A DNA stretch of 64,000 nucleotides, taken from contig JALIBN010000008.1 in the NCBI GenBank assembly GCA_030576275.1, positions 3,925 through 67,924 on the forward strand, given 5' to 3'. Origin of the DNA: Pseudomonadota bacterium (GTDB taxonomy: Bacteria > Pseudomonadota > Gammaproteobacteria > Nitrosococcales > Methylophagaceae). Below the pieces are notes generated by a model. That model was not told the origin of the DNA. It was given only the letters and a program-made list of their open reading frames with translations, and did no database searches. Every line of letters begins with the position of its first letter. The stretch's first letter is position 1. Below, piece after piece: positions 32,180 through 41,828 of this stretch. The translations under genes and the position numbers were made by a program.

Positions 32180-33846
32180 CTAATTTAAGTGTCCGCCACT
32201 TGGCGGTAGTAGATGATCTGGAATTAAGTTTTACCAATGGTATGACCTCTCTAACAGGTGAAACTGGCGCTGGAAAATCTATTTTAGTCGATGCTATGAG
32301 CCTTGTTCTCGGCGATCGTGCCGATTCAAATATGATCCGTTTCGGTGAAGAACGTGCTGAAATTGCGGCTAGTTTTGATACTTCTCAAAACCCAGTTTTG
32401 CAAAAATGGTTAATAGAACAAGAGCTAGATGATGACGAACAATGTCATCTTCGCAGAACCATTAGCAAAGACGGGCGTTCGCGTGCTTATATCAATGGCA
32501 GAACAGTGCCACTCACGCAGTTACGTGCGATCAGTGAACGTACAATCGATATTCACGGCCAACATGCACATCAATCGCTCGTCCGCAATGAAACTCAGCG
32601 GCTGTTACTGGATACTGTCGCCAAAACAAAGCCTTTATTAGTTGACTTAGCAATCGCGTACAAACAGTGGCAAACAACCAAGCAACAACTCGCCGATATG
32701 AAGCAACAATCGCAAGAGTATGCTGCTCGCTTAGAATTATTGCGATACCAAGTTAAAGAACTCGAACCTTTAGAATTGACTGAAGATTTCGTTGAACAGT
32801 TATTACGCGATCAACAACTTATCGCCCATGCCTCACAGCTAAACGATGCCGCCGAGTCCAGCTTACATCAAATTTTTGATCAAGAAGAAGGCGCTGCATA
32901 CGACATTATTGCCAAAGTATTAGCCGACTTGGAAAAATTACAGAACATTGAGCCACAATTTGCCAATTTAGTAGAAGCGCTCAATTCAACAGTCATTCAA
33001 CTTGATGAATGTAGTACTGAATTACGCCATTATTTAGATAATACCGATCTTGATCCAAGTCGTTTAGATGAGATTGAATCGCAGTTAACGGTGTTACATA
33101 ATCTTGCACGTAAACATCATATAGAGATCGAATCACTGCCCGCTCACTACCAACAACTGTGCGAGGAATTAGCAAGCTTAGAAAACTTAGACAACCAAAA
33201 TGAACAGTTGCAACAAGTCCTAGTTGAACAAGAAAAAGTTTGTCTTAGCCTATGCAAAAAATTAAGCTCACAACGGTTAAAAGCAGCCAAACCCTTGGCA
33301 GAAGATATCACACGGACCATACAACAACTTGCCATACCTGGCGGTCGAATTGAATTGATAATCACTCCAATGGCCAATGGCAAATTTAATGAAATGGGCG
33401 CCGACCACATTCAGTTATTAGTGAGTACCAATCCTGGACAAGCCGCAGGAGAACTAGGTAAAGTAGCCTCTGGCGGTGAATTAGCGCGTATTAGCCTCGC
33501 TATTCAGGTTGTTACAGCTGGTACGCGAAGTGTACCAACACTAGTCTTTGATGAGGTCGATGTCGGTATCGGTGGAGGCATTGCAGAGATTGTAGGCAGT
33601 CATTTAAGGAAGCTTGCTCTCACTCAACAAGTTATTTGTATCACCCATTTGCCACAAGTTGCTGCGCAAGCACACCAACAATTACAAGTGAATAAAAAAC
33701 AGGGTCGAGCTAGTACGCATATAGAAATCACCCTACTTAATCAGCAACAACGTATCGAAGAAATTGCTCGCATGTTGGGCGGTGTAAATTTGACTGAAAC
33801 AACCCGCTTACATGCTAAAGAAATGCTAGAACACACACACGATTAA
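32173..33846 (+). CDS. recN: DNA repair protein RecN
   Basis: 557 aa. It has Walker A GETGAGKS, a long coiled-coil, the signature SGGELARISLAI and Walker B LVFDEVD. Confidence 0.95.
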   Translation: MLTNLSVRHLAVVDDLELSFTNGMTSLTGETGAGKSILVDAMSLVLGDRADSNMIRFGEERAEIAASFDTSQNPVLQKWLIEQELDDDEQCHLRRTISKDGRSRAYINGRTVPLTQLRAISERTIDIHGQHAHQSLVRNETQRLLLDTVAKTKPLLVDLAIAYKQWQTTKQQLADMKQQSQEYAARLELLRYQVKELEPLELTEDFVEQLLRDQQLIAHASQLNDAAESSLHQIFDQEEGAAYDIIAKVLADLEKLQNIEPQFANLVEALNSTVIQLDECSTELRHYLDNTDLDPSRLDEIESQLTVLHNLARKHHIEIESLPAHYQQLCEELASLENLDNQNEQLQQVLVEQEKVCLSLCKKLSSQRLKAAKPLAEDITRTIQQLAIPGGRIELIITPMANGKFNEMGADHIQLLVSTNPGQAAGELGKVASGGELARISLAIQVVTAGTRSVPTLVFDEVDVGIGGGIAEIVGSHLRKLALTQQVICITHLPQVAAQAHQQLQVNKKQGRASTHIEITLLNQQQRIEEIARMLGGVNLTETTRLHAKEMLEHTHD

Positions 33847-33854
33847 GACTTTGC

Positions 33855-34271
33855 TTATTTGGTCTTTTGGCAGTGACGACAAATGCCGTAAATATAGAGA
33901 CTATGATCGGTCATTTCAAAGCCTTTTTCCGCGGCAATATCGCGTTGGCGTTGTTCAATAACATCATCAATAAATTCTTCAATACGATTACAGCGCACAC
34001 AAAATAAATGGTCATGATGAGAACCATCTTCTAATTCAAATACAGCGTGACCACCATCAATACTCAATCGCGAGACTAATCCCGCACCTTCAAACTGGGT
34101 TAATACGCGGTAAACTGTCGCTAAACCTATTTCCTCGCCCATTTCTAACAAGGCTTTATATACATCTTCCGCACTCATGTGGCGAAGGTCAGATGTTTCT
34201 AAAATCTCTAATACCTTTAGCCTTGGTAACGTAACCTTCAATCCTGCCTTTCTTAAATCCTGACTTTCCAT
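33855..34271 (-). CDS. fur: ferric uptake regulator
   Basis: 138 aa. Motifs: LKVTLPRLKVLEIL, HHDH and CRHC. Confidence 0.95.
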   Translation of the reverse strand: MESQDLRKAGLKVTLPRLKVLEILETSDLRHMSAEDVYKALLEMGEEIGLATVYRVLTQFEGAGLVSRLSIDGGHAVFELEDGSHHDHLFCVRCNRIEEFIDDVIEQRQRDIAAEKGFEMTDHSLYIYGICRHCQKTK

Positions 34272-34347
34272 TGTATAGATGCCTCGTCGAAACTGTATGA
34301 TTAGCGTATCATCGCAACTTGGTTAATTAATATAGTACTTAATATAA

Positions 34348-34875
34348 ATGAAAAAGCTTCTCATTTACACCTTTTCCATCTTAATATTATCGCTTAGTGC
34401 TTGTAGCACTGATAAAATTCCTGGTGTTTATCGTATCGATATTCAACAAGGAAACGATGTTACCCAAGATATGATCAATCAACTAAAGCCTGAGATGACG
34501 AAGAAACAGGTCGCTTATGTAATGGGTACACCGTTACTAATTGATACTTTTCACCCTGACCGCTGGGATTATGTTTACAGCTTTCATCCAGGAAATGGCA
34601 ATCGCGAGCAACGACGCTTAACGCTGTTTTTTACGGATGACAAACTTGATCATATTGAAGGTGATACTCGTACTGTCAATCGTGAAAACCTACCAAAAAC
34701 TGAACGTGTAGATTCAAATATTGAGGTACCTTTGACGGAAAGAAAAACCGGTTTATTCCAAGGCATGCTTAATATGATTGGACTAGGTGATGACGATGAT
34801 CAAGAGATCATGAAAACTGATCCCAAGAAAATAGAAGCTAGCTCTCCAGCAGAAACAGAAGCGCCGCAACCTTAG
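34348..34875 (+). CDS. bamE: outer membrane protein assembly factor BamE
   Basis: It has the lipobox LSLSACS and the SmpA/OmlA core ([31 protein letters not shown]). It is adjacent to fur and recN, as in many gammaproteobacteria. Confidence 0.85.
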   Translation: MKKLLIYTFSILILSLSACSTDKIPGVYRIDIQQGNDVTQDMINQLKPEMTKKQVAYVMGTPLLIDTFHPDRWDYVYSFHPGNGNREQRRLTLFFTDDKLDHIEGDTRTVNRENLPKTERVDSNIEVPLTERKTGLFQGMLNMIGLGDDDDQEIMKTDPKKIEASSPAETEAPQP

Positions 34876-34885
34876 CTAGCGGTTC

Positions 34886-34920
34886 GGCATCACTGACAGA
34901 CATGTTCTGTCAGTGATGCC
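34886..34920. terminator. bidirectional hairpin between convergent bamE and carbonic anhydrase
   Basis: Perfect 15-bp inverted repeat ggcatcactgacaga / tctgtcagtgatgcc with a 5-nt loop, placed between two convergent stop codons. Confidence 0.6.
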
Positions 34921-34927
34921 ATTTCAC

Positions 34928-35566
34928 TCAGTTTGTTACAACTTCAAACGCACCTGTTTGAGGATTGAAGCATAATAAGTCGCCCGCAGCGATATCAAAA
35001 TACCAACCATGGAGACTCAGTTCTCCTCGAGCTACCCGCTGGCGAATACAAGAAAAAGTCATCAAATTAGCTAGTGATTCTAATATTGCGCGCTGCTCAC
35101 ATGCTTTAATTTGTGCTTCCGGCGAAGCCTCAGACAATGTTTCTTTCACCCAAGTTTTTGCAGATTTGGCTATCGACACCCAAGGATGAATAAATTGTGA
35201 TTGGGCGCTATCATCGCCATCACTTTCCCAGAGCGCTTTAATGCCACCACAGCTTGCGTGGCCCATGATAATAATGTTCTCAACCTCTAGATTATTTACT
35301 GCAAATTCTAAGGCAGCACTTGTACCATGGTAATCGCCACCCACTTCACAAGGCGGAACAAGATTAGCAACATTACGAACAATAAATAAATCACCCGGAT
35401 CACAATCCGTTAAAATCGCAGGATCAACACGAGAATCACAGCATGCGATCATCAGTGTTTTCGCTGGTTGCCCATCCTTCATACTGGCATATAATCGGCT
35501 ATCATCACCAAAATATTGAGTCTGAAAGCGTTTGAAACCATCTAATAATTTTTCTGTACTCGCCAT
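34928..35566 (-). CDS. beta-class carbonic anhydrase
   Basis: 212 aa. The zinc-ligand motifs are CCDSRVDP and GHASCGG. Confidence 0.85.
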   Translation of the reverse strand: MASTEKLLDGFKRFQTQYFGDDSRLYASMKDGQPAKTLMIACCDSRVDPAILTDCDPGDLFIVRNVANLVPPCEVGGDYHGTSAALEFAVNNLEVENIIIMGHASCGGIKALWESDGDDSAQSQFIHPWVSIAKSAKTWVKETLSEASPEAQIKACEQRAILESLANLMTFSCIRQRVARGELSLHGWYFDIAAGDLLCFNPQTGAFEVVTN

Positions 35567-35934
35567 ATATATCTCAAAAACTTTAAAAATGAATTAATTG
35601 TTAATTCTTGTGCCCAGAAAGTTAGTTACCTGTGGCTACTTCGAACAGGTAAATAGCCTTGTATGGCTATTAAATACTTTAAATTGTCTTACACGTCACA
35701 GCGTGATTTACTATATAGCTTAAGACCCGACAGCTCTCTTTAAATAAGCCCTCATTATAATTAAGAACAAAGCGCTTAGTGTTGAAATAAACTGAAATCC
35801 GATTGGGTACTGTTATTTCATCCTTGTCGACAACTCGTCTATAAGGCCGTTTTGCGTATGACAGCCAACACAAAGCCGCTGACTATGCTTTCAAACAATA
35901 GCCACTTTAATCACGGGGGTTAATGGAGAATAAC

Positions 35935-36007
35935 AAAAAATCTGCTACAACTGTAACAAGACAGTAGCATGATCAAAATGATCTCGTGTTAACGAGATCA
36001 TTTTGAT
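35935..36007 (-). terminator. tandem hairpins plus T-run downstream of the WY-repeat gene
   Basis: On the minus strand there is a 16-bp perfect stem at 36007-35972 (atcaaaatgatctcgt/acgagatcattttgat, loop gtta). A second hairpin follows at 35969-35943. A T6 run lies at 35940-35935. Confidence 0.5.
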
Positions 36008-36157
36008 ATTTAGAATAGGTATCAACACCTATATTAATAGATTACTTTCACCTGTATTGCCGATGCTCGTCGTTATATTGCCTATTCAAATAAGCCATTA
36101 ACCTAAGATCTGCCGACGGTGGAAGTAGTTATTATTACTACTAGAACTAAGTCCTAT

Positions 36158-37441
36158 TCAATCATTGGTCTGATTGACTCGAGTCGCCTCCAAGTTAGCT
36201 CGATACCATTTTTCCTTGCTAGCAAAGTGGCTCTTCATATCGGCGTCATACCAAGGTTTAACGTTACGGCTCGCTCGAGTGGCTTCTAAATTAGCTTGAT
36301 ACCATTTCTTTTTAGTTTCAGCATGAGGGTCAACATTTATATTAGCCTCATACCATGGCGTTGCAGTACTTTTAATTGATTGCAGATTCGCTTCATACCA
36401 TTTGGCTCGACTGGCGCGAGCAGTTACTAAGTTTGCTTCATACCATTTTCTCTTAGTTTCAAAATGGCCCTTCATCTCAGCGTTATACCAAGGCTTAACG
36501 TTACGGCTCACTCGAGCCGCTTCTAAATTAGCTTGATACCATTTCTTTTTAGTTTCAGCATGAGGGTCAACATTTATGTTAGCCTCATACCATGGTGCTG
36601 CAGTACTTTTAATTGATTGCAGATTCGCTTCATACCATTTGGTGCGACTGGCACGAGCGGCGACTAAATTAGCTTGATACCATTTCCTCTTAATTTCAAA
36701 ATGGCTTTTCATTTCAGCGTCATACCAAGGCTTACCAATTGTAGCCTCCTTGGCTTCATACCATTTATTTTGTGTTGCTCTTGCAGCTCTGGTGTTGGCT
36801 TCATACCACTTATTCTTAATATTTTTAGTTCTAATCAACGCAATATTGGCTTCATACCATTTCTTTTTAGTATCTGCATGCGGATCAAATGCTAAATTAG
36901 GATTCGCGTTATACCATGGTCTATTTTGACGGCTGATTCGTGCCGCTTCTAAATTGGCTTGATACCATTTCTTTTTAGCATCCGCATGAGGATCGACATT
37001 GATATTAGCCTCATACCAACGGCTAGCTGTAGTTGCTGTCATTTTTGTATTGGCTTCATACCATTTTACTCGACTTGCTCGAGCGGCTTCTAAATTACTT
37101 CGATACCATTCGCTTTTGATATCAGTCTGCGTATTAGCCTCATACCAAGGCGTTGGCGGTAAATTAGCCTCATACCATTTAGAACGGTTTTCTCTAACGG
37201 TTTTAACCGCCGCCTTTAAGTTGGCTTCATACCATTTATTTTTAGTATCTAAATGCTCTGCTAAACCAGCATCATACCAGTGTTTTCGGCTGATAACTGC
37301 AGGTTGACTATTCGCTTCGTACCAGCGTTTATCAGCCATTTTAGTTGTTTTTTTATTGGCTTGGTACCATTTAACCTGACTCGCACGTGCTGTTTGCAAA
37401 TTAGCTTCATACCATTTAGCTTTAATATCAATTGTACTCAT
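36158..37441 (-). CDS. uncharacterised WY(E/Q)AN tandem-repeat protein (427 aa)
   Basis: Start set to ATG 37441, which lies 7 nt after the strong SD AAGGGAGGTG; the track ORF begins at GTG 37471. I counted 27 WY-centred repeats. There is no signal peptide, TM segment or Cys. Confidence 0.7.
   Translation of the reverse strand: MSTIDIKAKWYEANLQTARASQVKWYQANKKTTKMADKRWYEANSQPAVISRKHWYDAGLAEHLDTKNKWYEANLKAAVKTVRENRSKWYEANLPPTPWYEANTQTDIKSEWYRSNLEAARASRVKWYEANTKMTATTASRWYEANINVDPHADAKKKWYQANLEAARISRQNRPWYNANPNLAFDPHADTKKKWYEANIALIRTKNIKNKWYEANTRAARATQNKWYEAKEATIGKPWYDAEMKSHFEIKRKWYQANLVAARASRTKWYEANLQSIKSTAAPWYEANINVDPHAETKKKWYQANLEAARVSRNVKPWYNAEMKGHFETKRKWYEANLVTARASRAKWYEANLQSIKSTATPWYEANINVDPHAETKKKWYQANLEATRASRNVKPWYDADMKSHFASKEKWYRANLEATRVNQTND
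36257..36730 (-). repeat. two near-identical 237-bp (79-codon) tandem units inside the WY-repeat gene
   Basis: Units 36257-36493 and 36494-36730 both encode PWY(N/D)AEMK.HFE.KRKWY.ANLV.ARASR.KWYEANLQSIKSTA.PWYEANINVDPHAETKKKWYQANLEA.R.SRNVK. They differ by only scattered substitutions. Confidence 0.85.
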
Positions 37442-37541
37442 TATTAACACCTCCCTTCTAGGTCTTGTCACTGTCTGATATTACATGAGTTCAAGATAAG
37501 TCCACAAGAGATTTATGCGATTTACGCACTAATTTGTTACA

Positions 37542-37967
37542 TTATTCAAAGCAATGTTTTTCGGCTTTTACTTGTTGAAATAAGGCAACCTTTTGTTCGA
37601 CTTCTATCATACGGCGTTGTTCCTTTTCTTCAACCAAGGCAGAGTAACCTAGGTAAGCAAAACCAAGCAGACCATGTACTATCGGAACACTGTCAAAAAC
37701 TATCAATGTAGTTGCTATTTGGTTAGCACCATCTTTATGAAATTCCGGTTTATAGCTATAGCGATAGGGCTGAAGATAGCGAATGGCACTATCAAGTTGT
37801 GCACAGCTTTGTTGATAAATCTCATCTGTTGCAACTTCCACTGGCGGCTCAAAATAAATCGGTTCTAACGGCACAGGTGGCATAGGCACAGCCTGAGCAG
37901 AGCTAATTACAAAGACAAAACTAATCACTACACATACTTTAGAAAGTGGCATGCTAATCATCTTCAT
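37542..37967 (-). CDS. hypothetical secreted/membrane-associated small protein (141 aa)
   Basis: It has an N-terminal signal peptide (VVISFVFVISSAQA|VP), a hydrophobic stretch (IVHGLLGFAYLGYSAL) and two Cys. I recognise no family. Confidence 0.55.
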   Translation of the reverse strand: MKMISMPLSKVCVVISFVFVISSAQAVPMPPVPLEPIYFEPPVEVATDEIYQQSCAQLDSAIRYLQPYRYSYKPEFHKDGANQIATTLIVFDSVPIVHGLLGFAYLGYSALVEEKEQRRMIEVEQKVALFQQVKAEKHCFE

Positions 37968-38306
37968 AGAACTCCATTTTAACTGTCATAGCATTGTTAT
38001 CGGCAGTTCAACATAAAAATCCATACCCTGTTGCTATATTTGCGCAATTATTTTTCCAGCCTGCTGATGTAGAATTAAATCCAGTGCTTCTTTAATGATA
38101 TGTCCACAGCTTATAGCTGTTTCGATCTCAGAATTACGATTGACGTCCATAATATCTGTCCGTGATTACTATCAATTACCGCAATATTTCCTTGGTCACC
38201 AACGATTCCAACCAACTGGCTTCACTCATTCTCGAAACTATACTATTTAGCCGCTCACTTCCCGATCGCATGCGATCAATTTGGATTTATCTATAAAATT
38301 AACAAG

Positions 38307-40706
38307 TCAGTCTTCATCGGCTGACTCTTTTTCATGCTTATGCACATCAATCCAAAGCTGTAGACGTTTAGCGATGGCCGCGTTAAAAGTTCCTTCAGGA
38401 TATTGCCCTTGTTCATCCAGTTGACCGACTTCAATACCTGAGAGTAAGGCCAGTGCCTGGTCAATTGAATCAACAGCATGGATCTGAAACTTATTGCCAG
38501 CCACCGCATCAATCACATCAGGTCTCAACATCAAATGCTGAACATTGCTGAGTGGAATAATAACGCCTTGCTCACCTGTTAGACCAAGCTTCATGCAGAC
38601 ATCAAAAAAGCCTTCAATTTTTTCATTAACACCACCAATAGCTTGAACTTCACCGTGTTGATTCATCGAACCAGTGATTGCTAATGATTGTTTTAATGGC
38701 AATTCAGCAATCGCAGATAACAAGGCACATAATTCAGCTGCTGTAGCACTATCACCATCAACCTCACCATAATTTTGTTCGAACACGAGACTTGCTGACA
38801 TAGACAGTGGTTGATCTTTGGCATAAGTCGAACCGAGATAACCACTCATAATCAACACCCCTTTAGAGTGTAAATCGCCGCCTAATTCAACTTCACGCTC
38901 AATATCGATAATATCGCCATCACCAAAACGGCAGTTAGCCGTCAAACGAGACGGCTGACCGAAACTGTATTCACCGATACCCAGAACGGTTAAGGCATTT
39001 ACTTCGCCTATGTGTACTCCGGTCACTTTAATACGAGTGATATTACGATCAATATGATCAATTAACTGGCCACGTATTCGATCAACACGTTGTTCACGAC
39101 TTTTTAACGCCTGCGTTACATGCTCCCGTGCGACCACGACAACCTGCTGCTTGCGTGCCCAATACGTTGATTCTCGTAATAAGTCAGTCATTGAGCCAAG
39201 ATGTAGTGACATTTTACTCTTCTCTTCCACCGACCGAGCAGCATGTTCAATCACTTTCGCAACGGCTTCTTTATCTAGATGAAGCAATCCTTCTTTTTGT
39301 ACTGTACTGGCAATAAGACGGGCATATAACAAATGATTCTCGGCTGTTCGTTCCATCTGATCTTCAAAATCTGCCACAACTTTAAATAACTCAGCAAATT
39401 CAGGATCATGCTCATAAAGTTGATAATATAAATGTCGGTCACCGAGCAATATCACTTTCAAATCGAGTGGTATAGGTTCAGGTTCAAGAGACACCGTAGC
39501 GACCAAACTGTACATCTGTTCTACGCTGTCAAAGCGAACTTCTTTTGAATGAAGTGCCCGCTTCAAGCCTTCCCACGAATACGGTTGCATAAGTAGCTGC
39601 TCCGCATCCAATATCAGATAACCACCATTAGCACGATGAATAGCACCGGCTTTAATCAAGCTAAAATCAGTGATCAAAGCGCCCATCATGGCCATATTTT
39701 CAACGCTACCTAGTAAACTTTGGTGGCTAGGAAAATTGTCATACACTACCGGAGCACCAATCGCATCTGCGTTATTAACGATTAGATTAATTTGATAACG
39801 CTTTAATAATGGACTGTCGATAGTGTGTGAAACTTCATCACCTTCATCATCTGGCTTTACAAATGCATCGACATTATTAAGTAAGTCTTTTTGCATGGCA
39901 TCAAAATACCGTTGTAGCCGATCAATCTTAGGGTAAGCATTTTTTAACTTATTTATCTGTCGGCTAATAACTTCAGTTGCTACTTCATCGTTCAATGCCG
40001 TTACTTTTGTCTGATTATCTCGTTCCCACTCACGCAATTCCAGTAAGGTATGTTGCAAATCCTCATGCAAAGTCGCGATTGCATCCTCAGTTTTTTCTTG
40101 CTGATCAACAGATAACTGATCAAATTCATCAGCAGTCATCGCTTCACCATTTCGCTGAGCAGCAAAGGCATAAGTGCCATCCTGCATGCGCAATAAAACA
40201 ATGCCTTTACGGTCTGCTTCTAATTGTAAAACACCAAACAAGCGAACTCGGTGTTTACGTGATGACTCGTCAATCGAACGCATTCGTCCGCGGTAATATT
40301 CATCGTCAAAGGCATGCGGTAACTCTTCCAATAAGTGATGGATTGCTTTCTCAATATCATGAATAAGTTGTGAACCTACTCCGTTTGCAAGCACTAAAAA
40401 CCAAGGTTTTTGTGGGTCGGTAAAATTATGTAAATACCCCCAATCTTTGCCATGAGGGCGGAGCTGAACATGTTCGTCAAGAAAACGCTTCACTAGCGTA
40501 TATTTACCCGATCCCGTGTCACCCATAACAAATAAGTTATAACCATTGCCTTCAATATTGACACCAAAGTCTACCGAATCTAATGCCCTAGATTGACCAA
40601 TAATGGTCGATAAGCCTTGCAATTCTCCCGTGGTTTTAAAGTTGAGCTGTTCGCTACTACAATGTTGATACAAACTATCTGGATGTAATTGGGTATTGAA
40701 ATTCAT
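38307..40706 (-). CDS. Lon-like AAA+ ATPase/S16 serine protease family protein
   Basis: 799 aa. It has Walker A GDTGSGKYT and a C-terminal Lon protease domain. The Ser-Lys dyad context is DGDSATAAELCALLSA and GGVNEKIEGF. Confidence 0.8.
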   Translation of the reverse strand: MNFNTQLHPDSLYQHCSSEQLNFKTTGELQGLSTIIGQSRALDSVDFGVNIEGNGYNLFVMGDTGSGKYTLVKRFLDEHVQLRPHGKDWGYLHNFTDPQKPWFLVLANGVGSQLIHDIEKAIHHLLEELPHAFDDEYYRGRMRSIDESSRKHRVRLFGVLQLEADRKGIVLLRMQDGTYAFAAQRNGEAMTADEFDQLSVDQQEKTEDAIATLHEDLQHTLLELREWERDNQTKVTALNDEVATEVISRQINKLKNAYPKIDRLQRYFDAMQKDLLNNVDAFVKPDDEGDEVSHTIDSPLLKRYQINLIVNNADAIGAPVVYDNFPSHQSLLGSVENMAMMGALITDFSLIKAGAIHRANGGYLILDAEQLLMQPYSWEGLKRALHSKEVRFDSVEQMYSLVATVSLEPEPIPLDLKVILLGDRHLYYQLYEHDPEFAELFKVVADFEDQMERTAENHLLYARLIASTVQKEGLLHLDKEAVAKVIEHAARSVEEKSKMSLHLGSMTDLLRESTYWARKQQVVVVAREHVTQALKSREQRVDRIRGQLIDHIDRNITRIKVTGVHIGEVNALTVLGIGEYSFGQPSRLTANCRFGDGDIIDIEREVELGGDLHSKGVLIMSGYLGSTYAKDQPLSMSASLVFEQNYGEVDGDSATAAELCALLSAIAELPLKQSLAITGSMNQHGEVQAIGGVNEKIEGFFDVCMKLGLTGEQGVIIPLSNVQHLMLRPDVIDAVAGNKFQIHAVDSIDQALALLSGIEVGQLDEQGQYPEGTFNAAIAKRLQLWIDVHKHEKESADED

Positions 40707-40799
40707 TTTTTTACTCTAGCCTTAGAAGATGCTTTTAGCTTAGGATACCCTACAAAATTATATAACTTAATATTTATCACACTGTCGGAGCACATAAGT

Positions 40800-41108
40800 A
40801 TGAGTAATCATGACTATGATGAACAACGTAATTTCTTCAGAATGAGTATTGAAACACTAATCACTTATAAAATTAAGAATTCTGATGGTCGTTCACACCA
40901 TGGCATCAGCGGTGATTTGAGTGCAACAGGACTATATATGTCAACAGATTCAGCACTTAAAGAAGGGGATGAAATAGTATTAGTGATGAATCCTAGTGGC
41001 GACCGTTTACCACCATTCACTGCAGAAGGCAGGGTGTTGCGAACGTCTAGCGCTGAGGATGATGTCAACAAATTTCATGTTTCTATAGAACTAACTAAAA
41101 CATCCTAA
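40800..41108 (+). CDS. PilZ-domain (c-di-GMP binding) protein
   Basis: Start at ATG 40800. The PilZ motifs are QRNFFR (RxxxR) and GDLSATG (DxSxxG). Confidence 0.7.
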   Translation: MSNHDYDEQRNFFRMSIETLITYKIKNSDGRSHHGISGDLSATGLYMSTDSALKEGDEIVLVMNPSGDRLPPFTAEGRVLRTSSAEDDVNKFHVSIELTKTS

Positions 41109-41156
41109 AAAAATAAAAACAAATTGACGATAACTAAAAGTCTTAATCCGAAATTG

Positions 41157-41828
41157 TTAAATCCAATAACTAGTTTTAGTCATCACTTTAGACATCAAAC
41201 CCATCATATGCTTAACCGGTTTAGATAAGATCGCGCCGCCAGCATTAAGTGCCAGCGTACCATGGTGTAATTCATCGATTCTCATCTGCTCTAATATGGC
41301 ACGACTTTTTTCATCGCGCACACTAATGGCTACTAAATGCTCATCTAAATGCTGAACAACTTGTTTTTCTGTCTCAGCAACAAAACCTAAACTCCATTTA
41401 TCACCAATTTTCCCAGCGACAACTCCCATAATAAAAGAGCCTGCATACCATAGGGGATTTAACACACTGGTATGCCCGCCCAGATAATCTAATCTATGCT
41501 GACACCATACAAGATGATCATTTTCTTCCAATGCCGCCTGCTCCATTGCTACTCGAACTTTAGGCAGGGTCGCGGTTAATGCTTGACCTTGATATAGAGC
41601 TTGAGCTGAAACCTCTCCCGCCTGATTAATCCTCATCAACCGAACTGATAATCGTTGTTCTTGCTTTGTCAGCTCGTGTTCAGTTAAACCACAGTCAGGC
41701 ATCAGACGCCCAGTCGTTTTTGGCTTACCAATGACGGTTGTCAATGCTTTATCTGTTTCAATTATTAGTCTATCAGTCAAACTATATTTTCGTGTATTCA
41801 CTTCATATCCCTCAAAAGATAACTTCAA
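41157..41828 (-). CDS. coq7: demethoxyubiquinone hydroxylase (Coq7 family, di-iron carboxylate)
   Basis: Di-iron motifs are EENDHL, AETEKQVVQHLDEHL and ELHH. The track start is TTG 41828; GTG 41801 is also possible. Confidence 0.8.
   Translation of the reverse strand: MKLSFEGYEVNTRKYSLTDRLIIETDKALTTVIGKPKTTGRLMPDCGLTEHELTKQEQRLSVRLMRINQAGEVSAQALYQGQALTATLPKVRVAMEQAALEENDHLVWCQHRLDYLGGHTSVLNPLWYAGSFIMGVVAGKIGDKWSLGFVAETEKQVVQHLDEHLVAISVRDEKSRAILEQMRIDELHHGTLALNAGGAILSKPVKHMMGLMSKVMTKTSYWI

Noticed and set aside
35679-35873. 64-aa minus-strand ORF in the 590-bp gap.
   Set aside because: It has a TTG start, no SD and no recognisable motif, and it lies in hairpin-rich DNA.
36999-37307. 102-aa plus-strand ORF with ASYH/ASYQ repeats; a similar one lies at 36674-36895.
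   Set aside because: It is the antisense mirror of the WY repeats, since TGGTAT read backwards gives ATACCA. It has no SD, and the minus-strand frame is far longer with a strong SD.
38040-38200. Short minus-strand frames in the gap before the Lon-like gene. One reads GDQGNIAVIDSNHGQILW and resembles a PQQ/BamB beta-propeller repeat. Another is a 38-codon ORF, MDVNRNSEIETAISCGHIIKEALDL....
   Set aside because: Each is under 40 codons and bounded by stops, and the similarity is a single short motif. These may be gene debris, but I cannot support any call.
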